A model generated the notes under the pieces. The model saw nothing but the letters and a program-made list of their open reading frames with translations, was not told the DNA's origin and ran no database searches. Positions 1 to 9,155 of a stretch of DNA of 64,000 nucleotides are shown one piece after another. Source of the stretch: Flavobacteriales bacterium. Lineage in GTDB: Bacteria; Bacteroidota; Bacteroidia; Flavobacteriales_F; PHOS-HE28. The translations under genes were made by a program, and so were the position numbers. Location of the stretch: positions 78,323 through 142,322 of the forward strand of contig JACJZI010000007.1 of the NCBI GenBank assembly GCA_020635655.1, given 5' to 3'. Every line of letters begins with the position of its first letter. Position 1 is the first letter of the stretch.

Positions 1-102
1 GTGCCGCACGAGAACATCGTGGGCAAGGCCGTGCTGGTGTGGTTCAGCAAGGACCCCTACACCGGCATCCGCTGGAAGCGCTTGTTCACCTTGGTGGACT
101 GA
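1..102 (+). CDS. lepB: signal peptidase I, C-terminal fragment (5' end lies outside the window)
   Basis: Frame 1 is open from base 1 to the TGA at 100-102. The translation VPHENIVGKAVLVWFSKDPYTGIRWKRLFTLVD resembles the conserved C-terminal strand of type I signal peptidases. Confidence 0.55.
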   Translation: MPHENIVGKAVLVWFSKDPYTGIRWKRLFTLVD

Positions 103-131
103 ACCAAGCACGCGTCCGAGGACATCCGGAC

Positions 132-1079
132 ATGGGGTTTGCAAGGAACACGTGGCGTGCCCTGGGCCCCTGGGGTAGGGCGTTGGTGCGTGGTGCGATC
201 CTTCTCCTGGTGCTCCATTGGGCCGTCGCGCGATGGGTGATCGTGCGCAGCACCAGCATGTTCGCCACGCTGTTCCCGGGCGATGTGGCCCTGGTGGAAC
301 GCTGGCCGCTCTGGACGGGGCTGCATCGGGGCGATATCGTGGTGTTCCAGGACCCGCTGAAGGACGATCGCGCGCACTGGCGTCGACCGATGCTCGTGAA
401 GCGCCTTGTGGGAATGCCGGGCGACACGATCCTCCTGCGTGAAGGCAAACTGTTCGTGAACGGCGAGCGGGTCGGCCCATTTCCCGGAGAAACGCATCGG
501 TACCTGGTGCGACTGGCAAAGGGGGCATCCGCGGACCCGGTCCTGACCGAGGCAGGCCTGCCCCTGCATTTCGGGGTCGTGGAAGGCGGTGCCATCGAAC
601 TTCCGCTGAACGAAGCGCTGGCCGGACGGATCCGTGAACGGACCGCTGCGCGCTCCGTGGGACCGATGTCGCGCCATGCCATTGCCGCACGCTACCTCTT
701 TCCATACAGCCCGAACTTCCGCTGGAGCACCAATGACTATGGTCCGTTCCATGTACCCGCGGCGAACGATACGGTCCGGCTCGACCTCTACACGCTCCCG
801 CTCTACGATCGGACGATCGGACGCTATGAGGGGCATGATCTCCATGTGGATGGGGACCATATGCTGGTGGACGGCCGACCGACCGACCGGTACGTGATCC
901 GAATGGACCAGTATTTCGTGCTCGGCGATGCCCGCGACAACAGCTCGGATTCGCGCTTCTGGGGATGTGTTCCGGCCGACCATCTCATCGGCCGTACGTC
1001 CCTGGTCCTGTTCTCGTGGGATGCCTCCCGATCCGGGCCACGGCACGGCCAATGGCCCCGATGGGTCGGCCAACGGTGA
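132..1079 (+). CDS. lepB: signal peptidase I
   Basis: ORF 39-1079. The first ATG at 132 precedes a membrane anchor (GAILLLVLHWAV). Contains the Ser box STSMFATLFPGD, the Lys box KRLVGMPGD and the GDARDNSSDSRFWG box. Confidence 0.9.
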   Translation: MGFARNTWRALGPWGRALVRGAILLLVLHWAVARWVIVRSTSMFATLFPGDVALVERWPLWTGLHRGDIVVFQDPLKDDRAHWRRPMLVKRLVGMPGDTILLREGKLFVNGERVGPFPGETHRYLVRLAKGASADPVLTEAGLPLHFGVVEGGAIELPLNEALAGRIRERTAARSVGPMSRHAIAARYLFPYSPNFRWSTNDYGPFHVPAANDTVRLDLYTLPLYDRTIGRYEGHDLHVDGDHMLVDGRPTDRYVIRMDQYFVLGDARDNSSDSRFWGCVPADHLIGRTSLVLFSWDASRSGPRHGQWPRWVGQR

Positions 1080-1112
1080 CCGGAGCGCGCCCCGAGCAGG
1101 TATTTTTGGCCC

Positions 1113-1595
1113 ATGCGCTCGATCATGGCGGTATGCACCATGTTCCTCCTGCTCGCCTGTGGAACCGGGAAGGGCGATCTGTGCGAGAAGTTCTTCATGC
1201 CATACCCGGACATGGTCAGTGGCCGTTTGCGGACCGATCAGAACGCGGCTTTGCTCGATGCCATGGCCAGCTATTCGAAGAACGATTTCTCGGCAGCCGC
1301 AAAGGGACTTGAGGACATCGTCCGGATCGGAGGGCGCAAACCCCAGGAGCGGGTGTACCTCGCCTCCTGCTATCTGGCACTGGGCCGTCCTTTCGATGCG
1401 GAATATCAGCTGGATCGGATCGAAAGCGCGCCGGAAAAGGATTACAAGGACGTGGCGGATTGGTACTACGCGTTATGCTGGCTGTGCAGCGGTCAGTTGG
1501 ACCGCGCCCTGGAGCAGGCCTGCCGGATCGCGGACGCGCCCGCCCACACGTACAAGCAACATGCGCGGGACCTTGTAGAAGCCTTGACACCGTGA
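1113..1595 (+). CDS. hypothetical lipoprotein, helical/TPR-like
   Basis: 160-aa ORF with GC-rich third codon positions. The N-terminus MRSIMAVCTMFLLLACG has a lipobox (L-A-C). No family recognised. Confidence 0.6.
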   Translation: MRSIMAVCTMFLLLACGTGKGDLCEKFFMPYPDMVSGRLRTDQNAALLDAMASYSKNDFSAAAKGLEDIVRIGGRKPQERVYLASCYLALGRPFDAEYQLDRIESAPEKDYKDVADWYYALCWLCSGQLDRALEQACRIADAPAHTYKQHARDLVEALTP

Positions 1596-2236
1596 CGCCC
1601 GGTTTGATCGCACTGCGGCAGCGCCTTGCGGAGGCGCTCCGTGGTCCCTTGCCCGGACATGCCGCCTTTCTTGCACACGCCGGGTATTCGCGATCGGAGC
1701 TGCAACGCATTTTCGATAGCACCGATCGACCGCGGGAGAGCGCCGTGCTCGCCCTGATCTACGATCGTGATGATGGGCCACACATCCTTCTCATGCTGCG
1801 CACCGATGAGGGCGGCGTGCATGCCGGGCAGGTGAGCTTTCCCGGCGGCCGGAAAGAATCCGATGATCCGGACCTGCGGGCAACGGCCCTGCGCGAGTTC
1901 CGGGAGGAGATCGGCGCTCCCACGGACGGGATCGAGGTGCTCGGTACGCTCTCGCAGGTCTTCATCCCGCCGAGCCGTTCACTGATCACACCATTCGTAG
2001 CCGTGCGCAGTACGCTGGGGCCCACTTCTCCGCAGGCAAGCGAGGTGCGCGCACTGATCGAGGCACCCCTGTCCAAGCTGTTGGCCCCGGACGCACTGCG
2101 CATGGGCGAACGCTACGTGCAGGCGCTCGACAGGAGAACACAAGTGCCCGGGTTCGAGGTGCAGGGCCATCTGGTCTGGGGCGCCACCGCGATGATGATC
2201 GCCGAGCTACGCGAGCTGCTCCACGTCCGCACCTAG
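1592..2236 (+). CDS. Nudix hydrolase, CoA pyrophosphatase type
   Basis: Contains the Nudix box GGRKESDDPDLRATALREFREEIG and the upstream LLMLRTDEGGVHAGQVSFPGG motif typical of CoA pyrophosphatases. Start placed at GTG 1592, which overlaps the upstream stop (GTGA). The ORF is open from 1460, so the start is uncertain. Confidence 0.8.
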   Translation: MTPGLIALRQRLAEALRGPLPGHAAFLAHAGYSRSELQRIFDSTDRPRESAVLALIYDRDDGPHILLMLRTDEGGVHAGQVSFPGGRKESDDPDLRATALREFREEIGAPTDGIEVLGTLSQVFIPPSRSLITPFVAVRSTLGPTSPQASEVRALIEAPLSKLLAPDALRMGERYVQALDRRTQVPGFEVQGHLVWGATAMMIAELRELLHVRT

Positions 2237-5200
2237 GCCGATCATCTTCAAGAAACGTGCGTTGGGCCTGATCCCGTTGGGGTCGGCGCTGAATTCCGGT
2301 TTGATGCGCGTCACGAAGTACATGTCGATCCTTCCCTTGTTCTTGGCCTCCACCTGGCCGCGATGGACACATGCGAAGTGCTCCTTGATCAGCTGGTAAG
2401 TGGCACCGCTGATGTTCACTTCACCGGGCTCGCCGCTGCTTTCCATCCGGCTCGCCGTGTTCACGGTATCGCCCCAGATGTCGTAGGCGAACTTCCGCTT
2501 GCCCACCACGCCGGCGACCACGGGGCCCGTATGCACCCCGATGCGCAGCATCCACGGCGTCTTGCCCGCTTCCTCCCGTTCACGCTTCCACAGCGCCATC
2601 AGCTCGCGCACCTCCAGTGCGGCCAGCACCGCCTTGTCCGCATGGTGCGGATCGCTGGTCGGCACACCTCCGGCGCACATGTAGCTGTCACCGATGGTCT
2701 TGATCTTCTCGATGCCATAGCGACCGATGATCTCGTCGAAATGGATGAAGCATTCGTCCAGTTCGCTCACCAGTTCCTCCGGGGTCATTTTCTCGGCCAC
2801 CTTGGTGAAGCCCTTCATATCCGTGAACATCACAGTGACCTGCTCGTGCCTGCGCGCGGTCGCCTTGCCCTTTTCCTTCAGTTCATCACTGATCTCCTTG
2901 GGCAGGATGTTCAGCAGCAGGTCCTCGATCTGCACCTTCTGGCCGGCGATCTCCTCACTTTGCTTCACGACCTCGGCGGTGCGCTCCTTCACGCGTTGCT
3001 CCAGCACCTGGTTGCGCAGGCGCAGGTTGCGTTCCCGTACCTTGATGTAGCTGAAGATCACGGAACCCGCGAAGACAGCGAGCGCGGTGAAGAACCACCA
3101 GGAACGCCACCAGGGCGGATGGATCGTGAAAGGGTAGTCCACCGAAGCGCTCCAGATCCCTGACCGGTTCATGGCGCGGACCTTGAACCTGTAGGATCCG
3201 GCAGGAAGCGCTGGATAATTGGCCGTGGTCTCATCGGTCACCGGTTGCCAGTCCGGGTCCAATCCACCGAGCATGTACTGGTAGCGGACCGCGGCGGGGT
3301 CCGTGAGCGAGACCGAACCGTAGGTGAAGCGCAGGTTGCGCTCGGTATGGTCGAGATCGAGACCTTGGGAAATGGCGCGGTCCTCCAGATTCACCTTGAG
3401 ATCGCGCAATGCGACGAGCGGGACGGGTGTGCGATCGGACCCGGCACCAGGCACCACACGCGTTGCTCCATTGGCCGTGCCGAACCACAGATCGCCGGAA
3501 GCTGTGATGCAGACCGCATTGGCCTTGGCCTCGATACCGGTGAAACCGGCGCGTTCGGTATAGCTGATGAAACCCTGACCTTCTCCGCGACGCTCGTTGA
3601 GCCCCAGGTTGGTACCGATCCAGATCCTTCCCTCCCCGTCCTCCGCGATCGATCGGATGCTGTTGGAGAGCAGCCCGTCCTTCGTGGTGAACGTGGCCAC
3701 GACACGGTCATCCTTCAGCACCAGCAGCCCCTGGCCTTCAGTGCCCACCCAAAGGCGTCCTTCCTGGTCCATGCGGAAGCAGGTGGGGGTGAACGGATGG
3801 TCGAGCGGTACGGTACTGGCCACCCCATTGTCCACCTTGCCAATGCCACGCAGTGTGCAACCCAGCCATAAGGTCCCGTGCGGATCGCGGTAGAGCGAAG
3901 CGATGTTGTCACCGGGTGTTCCGTCCGCCTGCCGATAGACCACCGGCACGGCGCCCGACCCCGGCACGACGCGCACCAGACCGCGCAGCGTTCCGATCCA
4001 GATCTCACCCGGCAGACCGATCTCCAGGGCGGTCACTTTCAACTCAGGTATGTATACGGAGAGTTCCTGGTGGGCATTGGCACGATAGGATGTCGGATCC
4101 ACTTCGATCAGACCACCGGTCTCCGTGCCGATCCACATCGTGCCATTGCGATCACGCTTGATGGCCCGTACCTGATTGCTGGTCAGCTTGCCCTCCTGCA
4201 TGGAGAGCGTGCGCATGCGCGACGTGCTGTTCCCCTTGGGATCGAAGATGTTGATCCCCCCGTTCGTACCGAACCAGATCCTGCCTTCGCCATCCTCCTC
4301 CACGGCATGTACGCGCTCGTCCATCAGGCCGTCCTGCTCATTGAAGTTCACGAACCGCTCGCCCTTGAAGATGTCCAGGCCATTGTCGTTCGTGCCGATC
4401 AGCATGTTCCCCTCCCGGTCCATGGAAAAGCAACGGATCGAATTGCTGTGCGTTCCGTTGTTGGCCCAGAAGCGCCTTACACCCCGCCCATCGATGCGCG
4501 CGATGCCGGAATCCCATGTCCCGAGCCAGACATCGCCCAACGCGTCCTGCGCGATGCAGGTGATGATGCTGCTGGGGATGCCATTGCGCAGATCGAACGT
4601 CGTCACCACGCCGCTCGACGGCATGAACCGGTACGCGCCGTTGTTGACCGTGCCGAGCCAGATGGCCCCATCACGGTCCTCGAACAAGGAGGTGACCCGT
4701 TGACCATCCGTCACGCCCGGAATGGTCAGCATGGAGGCCTTGCCGGCGGCCTCGTCCCAACGCTTCACCACGCCGTTGTCCTCGATGAAGAGCAGGCCGT
4801 CGTGCGCCCGGACCATGCCGGCGATCTTCTCACTGAGGCCCTTGTCCCCGGCGATCGCGTCGGCCTTCACCGGGCCTGCATCGGGCACGGCCGCTATCCG
4901 CCAGGCCCCCTGACCGAAGGTCGTGACCCAGATGGCCCCGGAAGCATCCTGGGCGATCCCGGTAATGTCGCTCGTCAACTCGGTCCCGGCGATCTCCACG
5001 GTGCGGAAGGACCCGTTCGTTCGCAAACTGATCCCCCCTCCGAGGTGACCCACCCACAGGCGTTGCTCCGGATCAAGGAATAGCGTGCGTGCTCCGCTCG
5101 GTGCAACGCCCTTATCCGTGCCATAGGGAACGATGGCATTTCCATCGTAACTCCCCAGTCCGGCTTCCGTGCCCACCCAGACCAGGCCGCTGCTGTCCTG

Positions 5201-5335
5201 TTGCACCGCGTAGACCTTGGATGCGGGCAACCCCTCCTGCACACCGATGTTCTCGAAGTAGAACCTTTGCGCCTTCGCCGGAACACAGACGGCCACGATG
5301 AGCAAGAGCAACACAGGACGGAGCATCCGGATCAT
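2207..5335 (-). CDS. sensor adenylate/guanylate cyclase: periplasmic beta-propeller repeats, Y_Y_Y domain, TM segment, class III cyclase domain
   Basis: 1042-aa ORF with signal peptide MIRMLRPVLLLLIVAVCVPAKAQ. Has many repeats of the two-component-regulator propeller type (WVGT/WIGT). A Y_Y_Y-like segment (RYQYMLGGLDPDW...YRFKVRA) is followed by the TM stretch WWFFTALAVFAGSVIF. The C-terminal cyclase core reads VTVMFTDMKGFT...IKTIGDSYMCAGG...RIGVHTGPVVAGVVG...YDIWGDTVNTASRMES. Confidence 0.9.
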   Translation of the reverse strand: MIRMLRPVLLLLIVAVCVPAKAQRFYFENIGVQEGLPASKVYAVQQDSSGLVWVGTEAGLGSYDGNAIVPYGTDKGVAPSGARTLFLDPEQRLWVGHLGGGISLRTNGSFRTVEIAGTELTSDITGIAQDASGAIWVTTFGQGAWRIAAVPDAGPVKADAIAGDKGLSEKIAGMVRAHDGLLFIEDNGVVKRWDEAAGKASMLTIPGVTDGQRVTSLFEDRDGAIWLGTVNNGAYRFMPSSGVVTTFDLRNGIPSSIITCIAQDALGDVWLGTWDSGIARIDGRGVRRFWANNGTHSNSIRCFSMDREGNMLIGTNDNGLDIFKGERFVNFNEQDGLMDERVHAVEEDGEGRIWFGTNGGINIFDPKGNSTSRMRTLSMQEGKLTSNQVRAIKRDRNGTMWIGTETGGLIEVDPTSYRANAHQELSVYIPELKVTALEIGLPGEIWIGTLRGLVRVVPGSGAVPVVYRQADGTPGDNIASLYRDPHGTLWLGCTLRGIGKVDNGVASTVPLDHPFTPTCFRMDQEGRLWVGTEGQGLLVLKDDRVVATFTTKDGLLSNSIRSIAEDGEGRIWIGTNLGLNERRGEGQGFISYTERAGFTGIEAKANAVCITASGDLWFGTANGATRVVPGAGSDRTPVPLVALRDLKVNLEDRAISQGLDLDHTERNLRFTYGSVSLTDPAAVRYQYMLGGLDPDWQPVTDETTANYPALPAGSYRFKVRAMNRSGIWSASVDYPFTIHPPWWRSWWFFTALAVFAGSVIFSYIKVRERNLRLRNQVLEQRVKERTAEVVKQSEEIAGQKVQIEDLLLNILPKEISDELKEKGKATARRHEQVTVMFTDMKGFTKVAEKMTPEELVSELDECFIHFDEIIGRYGIEKIKTIGDSYMCAGGVPTSDPHHADKAVLAALEVRELMALWKREREEAGKTPWMLRIGVHTGPVVAGVVGKRKFAYDIWGDTVNTASRMESSGEPGEVNISGATYQLIKEHFACVHRGQVEAKNKGRIDMYFVTRIKPEFSADPNGIRPNARFLKMIGLGADVEQLA

Positions 5336-7530
5336 CGGGTCAGTTCATAGAAGCTCGGATCGGAACCTGCCGCATCGCTCACCACGAGCGTGTTGGTGAC
5401 GCTCTCACTGTAGTTCTGCATCAACGACTTCAGTGAGCCGTAGTTGTAGTAGGTATAGATGTCGTCCTGCTTGCCGTCCACCGGCACCCAATAGGATTTT
5501 CCGCTCGCCGTGCGGCCATGGCCCGCATACCAGACCAGGATCGTGTTCACCCGATCGCGGCGCACCAGGTCGCGCAGCTCGCTGTTGAAGAACCGCTCGA
5601 TCTGGTCCTTGGTCAGATTCCTTTTTGTGATCGTTCGCTGGATGGAATACTTGGCGAACGACTTCTGCATCTTGGACACCTCGTTGGTCGGTCCCTGCAG
5701 CGCCGGCATGTACTTGTAGTCCGTGTTCTCGATGAAAACCACCCAGGTGACCCCTGTGGCGGAAGGCGCATTGGTCGCTGTGGCATCACCGCTGGCCGTG
5801 GCAGCACGCGTTGGTGTCGACGCCGCCACGGGTTCCGGTCGCCGACGGGCAATGAAGTAGGTCTCTTCGGCTGCGTTCCCATACTGGTCCTCCACGCGGA
5901 CCGTGAAGCGGTCCTTCCCCGAGACAGGCAGCTTGATGCTGAAATCGGTGGCGTTCGTGTCCGGCACGAAGCTCGCCATCACCCCTTCCACCGTTACGGA
6001 TCGCAACAGGCTGGCGTCCTGGGCATGTCCCTCGAGGAAGACCTCGTCCCGATCGGCGTCGATCATCAGGCTGCGGTCGCTTCCGATCGTCGGCGAGGTG
6101 ATCGACACGACCGGTGGAACACCCTCCGAACGTTCCACGTGAAGCTCCACCGAGGCCACATTGTCGTAGATGTCCTTGACGACCACCTCGATCTTGTCTG
6201 CCTTCGGACCGAGGGGTACCACGACGAAGAATTCCGGATCCTTGTCCTCCTCGGAGAATTCCGCGGGCTTGTCGTTCACTGTGATGGCCTTGATCAGGCT
6301 GTGGTCGCGGACATGGCCGGTGACCTTCACCTGATCCAGGACCGAGGAGACCTGCACGACGTCACCCTGGCGAAAGGGCTCCACCACCGTGATCAATGGA
6401 GGATCGCTCTCCCGGTTCATCTCAAATACGCGCTGTGCGATGCGATCCCGCTCCGCAGCGATCGCCTTGCGGTCCTCATAGGTGGCCGTCGTGTCCTGTT
6501 CGGCCATCTTCTTGGTCCGATCAAGGTCGGCCAGGGCCCCATCCAGATCGAGGTTGGCCTCCTTGCAACGGACCCGTTCCAACATGGCATCGCGGTCTTC
6601 CGGCAACTGCTCGAGCACCCGGTTCAGATCATTGATCGCGTTCTGGAACTGACCGTAGTCCTTGTAATAGACGGCCCGTTGGCGATAGACCTCCGCATCG
6701 TTGCGACCCAGTGCCACGACCTTGCTGATGTCTTCGATCGCCTTCGCGTACTCCTTTTGCAGGGCATAGGCCTTGCTGCGTGTGAACAGCGCGGGCATGC
6801 TGCGCGGGTCAAGTTCGAGGGCCGTCGTTGTTCGTTCCACGGCCTGGTCGAGTGTGCGCAACTGCATCGTGGGCCCCTCGTACGTGGCGTACAATCTCAA
6901 CTGGACCTCGGCCAGCGCGACATAGGCATCCTCATAGGTGTAGTTCCACTCGATCACCTTTTGCAGATCGCTCTCGGCGGTGCGGTAGTCGCGCAATGCG
7001 GTCCGCACCAATCCATGCAGGTAATAGGTGTCCGTGGTCCCCTTCACGTCCAGGGCCCTGTCGGACGCTTCGGTGGCCTTGTCCAGATCACCCTGCACAA
7101 GTGCGACCCGGACCTGAGCGGTAAGCGCATCCAGGTCCTTGGGTCCCGCTTGAACGGCCTTGTCGGCCCATTTGGCGGCCGCATCCGGATCTCCCGCATC
7201 CAGATAGGACAGCGCTGCTTTCGCGGCAGCCGACGCATCGTTCGGCTGAAGCTCCGCCACCTTGGCAAGGTCCGCGGCCGCGTTGGCCTTTTGCCCCAGG
7301 AGGGTATAGACCTCCGCACGGGACCCATATGCTTTCACATACGCCGGGTCCACACGGATGGCGAGCCCATATTTCTCCAGGGCTTCGTCCAATCGCTGTT
7401 CGGCGCGAAGGGACTCGCCCTCCTTGAAGAAGGACTTGCCGCTCTGTGCGTCGCATATCGCGGACCGACCGAACGTCAGTGTGATCAGAAGCAGAAAGGC
7501 ACGGCAGGGAACAATGCCAGGACGAGGCAT
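5332..7530 (-). CDS. secreted TPR repeat / tandem Ig-like / caspase-fold (peptidase C14-like) protein
   Basis: 732-aa ORF with a signal peptide. TPR repeats occupy about aa 30-370, followed by two beta-sandwich-like repeats. The C-terminal caspase-like block reads ILVWYAGHG...TLVVSDAAGS. Its stop overlaps the cyclase start (ATGA at 5332-5335). Confidence 0.85.
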   Translation of the reverse strand: MPRPGIVPCRAFLLLITLTFGRSAICDAQSGKSFFKEGESLRAEQRLDEALEKYGLAIRVDPAYVKAYGSRAEVYTLLGQKANAAADLAKVAELQPNDASAAAKAALSYLDAGDPDAAAKWADKAVQAGPKDLDALTAQVRVALVQGDLDKATEASDRALDVKGTTDTYYLHGLVRTALRDYRTAESDLQKVIEWNYTYEDAYVALAEVQLRLYATYEGPTMQLRTLDQAVERTTTALELDPRSMPALFTRSKAYALQKEYAKAIEDISKVVALGRNDAEVYRQRAVYYKDYGQFQNAINDLNRVLEQLPEDRDAMLERVRCKEANLDLDGALADLDRTKKMAEQDTTATYEDRKAIAAERDRIAQRVFEMNRESDPPLITVVEPFRQGDVVQVSSVLDQVKVTGHVRDHSLIKAITVNDKPAEFSEEDKDPEFFVVVPLGPKADKIEVVVKDIYDNVASVELHVERSEGVPPVVSITSPTIGSDRSLMIDADRDEVFLEGHAQDASLLRSVTVEGVMASFVPDTNATDFSIKLPVSGKDRFTVRVEDQYGNAAEETYFIARRRPEPVAASTPTRAATASGDATATNAPSATGVTWVVFIENTDYKYMPALQGPTNEVSKMQKSFAKYSIQRTITKRNLTKDQIERFFNSELRDLVRRDRVNTILVWYAGHGRTASGKSYWVPVDGKQDDIYTYYNYGSLKSLMQNYSESVTNTLVVSDAAGSDPSFYELTR

Positions 7531-7607
7531 GGGAGCTAGCGATGGGGCCTAAATGTAGTCCGCCCCCTTCCCATCAGGCAAACCCATCATCCTACATCAT
7601 CCGGCAT

Positions 7608-9071
7608 TCACACCCTGAACCGCAGGAAACCGGCGCACATCGACAACGTCGGGGTGCTCTGGCTGAACAAGGAGATCACATCCCGGGTGGCCACTCCAAC
7701 CTCCCAAACGCCGGTTGGCAGTCGGAGCGTAAGACCCATGGGCACCCGTGTATCGTAGTTCCCCCCCGTGGTCATACCCAACGAAATGGTGAAGAACTTC
7801 TTCGGGCTCACCTGACCTCCCAGCGCATATACGGGTTTCTCATAGTTCCCGGCCACCTTGTTCGTGGGTATGATCACATCAAAGCCCACTTCGGCGATCT
7901 CCTTGATGCCATAGGATGCCCCGATGCGTGTCTGTTGCGGTGTGGCGATCTTCTCCTGCTTCTTCCCCTCCCATTTCAGGATGCCGTGTTCACCCAGGAC
8001 GAGGTCGGCATTGTCGAAGATGTTGTAGCTATCGAACCCGGCGCTGGAAAGCTCATAGAGCGTGTCGTTCTGGGCGGTGTACACGTTTCCGTTCCAGGTC
8101 ATCACCCCCAGGTTGGTGTAGGAGACCCCGACCCGCACCACGTTCTTGATGTAGGTACTGAAGCCGATGTCGCCGGAAACACCGCTCCCCACCGGGGTCA
8201 TGATCGTTCCCGACCTGGTGCTGGGGTTCGAGAGCCCCGCATCGCCATAGTCGATGTCGAACCCGGGCGAGAGCGCCGAAAAGGCCTTGAACTCGCCGTC
8301 CTCATACCCCACATCAGCATGTGCGAACCCGGTGAGGTAACGGATGGATGCGCCACCGTACCAGTTCACCACACCGGATGTGCCGATCAGGTACCCCCAG
8401 GACAATGCATATTCCCGCACCCAATCCATGGTCACCTCTGCGTCCTCCATCAATTTGCTGATCGGCTTGCCTTCACCCCGGTCGTTGTAGCCATTGATCA
8501 CCTGGTCGAGGGTGCCCTGAGGCAGGTCCGGTTCGTTGTCGATCACGGTGCTGTCGGCCAGCAGGAGATGTTGGAAATAGGGTGCGGTCCGTCCGAGATA
8601 GAGGATCTCACTGGTGCTCCTATTGAAGCGGTTGTACCATTGGAACCGGTCCGCCACGTGGATCGCGAATCCACCAGCGCTGGCGGTCATCAGCGAAACG
8701 CCGAACAGGCGAAGGTCGCCGTTCAAGGTCAGTTCGGCGTCCGTGAAGTCCTTCGCCACGGCCACCTTCTCCGCGTAGGAGAACTTGTCATCGAAGCCTT
8801 TGACGAAGTCCTTTTTCAGCTCATCCCTGTCGAGCGCATCCGTGTAGAGCGAATAGCCCAGGTCACCAAGGCCGAAGGCCACTTTCTTGCCTTCGTACTT
8901 GCCGCTCCAACCCAGATTGCTCGGATTGATCCCAATGGCCTGGTAATCCGTGGCCAGTGTGGTGGAGATCCCTGACCCACTGCACGGGAACGCGCTCATT
9001 TCGGTCTGTGCGGTGGAGGTGTGCGCAATGCCAAGCAGGACGAGAATGAACAGGTAAGCACGGGACCGCAT
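7608..9071 (-). CDS. outer-membrane beta-barrel protein, unknown family
   Basis: 487-aa ORF with signal peptide MRSRAYLFILVLLGIAHTSTAQ. Shows alternating aromatic/Gly-rich beta-strand pattern throughout. Family not recognised. Confidence 0.7.
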   Translation of the reverse strand: MRSRAYLFILVLLGIAHTSTAQTEMSAFPCSGSGISTTLATDYQAIGINPSNLGWSGKYEGKKVAFGLGDLGYSLYTDALDRDELKKDFVKGFDDKFSYAEKVAVAKDFTDAELTLNGDLRLFGVSLMTASAGGFAIHVADRFQWYNRFNRSTSEILYLGRTAPYFQHLLLADSTVIDNEPDLPQGTLDQVINGYNDRGEGKPISKLMEDAEVTMDWVREYALSWGYLIGTSGVVNWYGGASIRYLTGFAHADVGYEDGEFKAFSALSPGFDIDYGDAGLSNPSTRSGTIMTPVGSGVSGDIGFSTYIKNVVRVGVSYTNLGVMTWNGNVYTAQNDTLYELSSAGFDSYNIFDNADLVLGEHGILKWEGKKQEKIATPQQTRIGASYGIKEIAEVGFDVIIPTNKVAGNYEKPVYALGGQVSPKKFFTISLGMTTGGNYDTRVPMGLTLRLPTGVWEVGVATRDVISLFSQSTPTLSMCAGFLRFRV

Positions 9072-9155
9072 GGTCGTGAGGGTTTTGGCATAGGGAAATT
9101 AGGGGATCCCCGTGATCCAGCAAATGTCCGGGCGGCACCCGGTGGACAGGAGCAC

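Noticed and set aside
5518-7539. Long ORFs antisense to confidently assigned genes. Examples are 5518-7539(+), 9021-10940(+), 18563-20152(+), 20182-21519(+), 32478-33749(-), 33798-35396(-), 37983-39839(-) and 43487-45904(+).
   Set aside because: Their translations are Arg/Gly/Pro/His-rich low-complexity strings with no motifs. They lie opposite genes with clear family signatures. In GC-rich DNA, stop codons are rare on the antisense strand, so these are artefacts.
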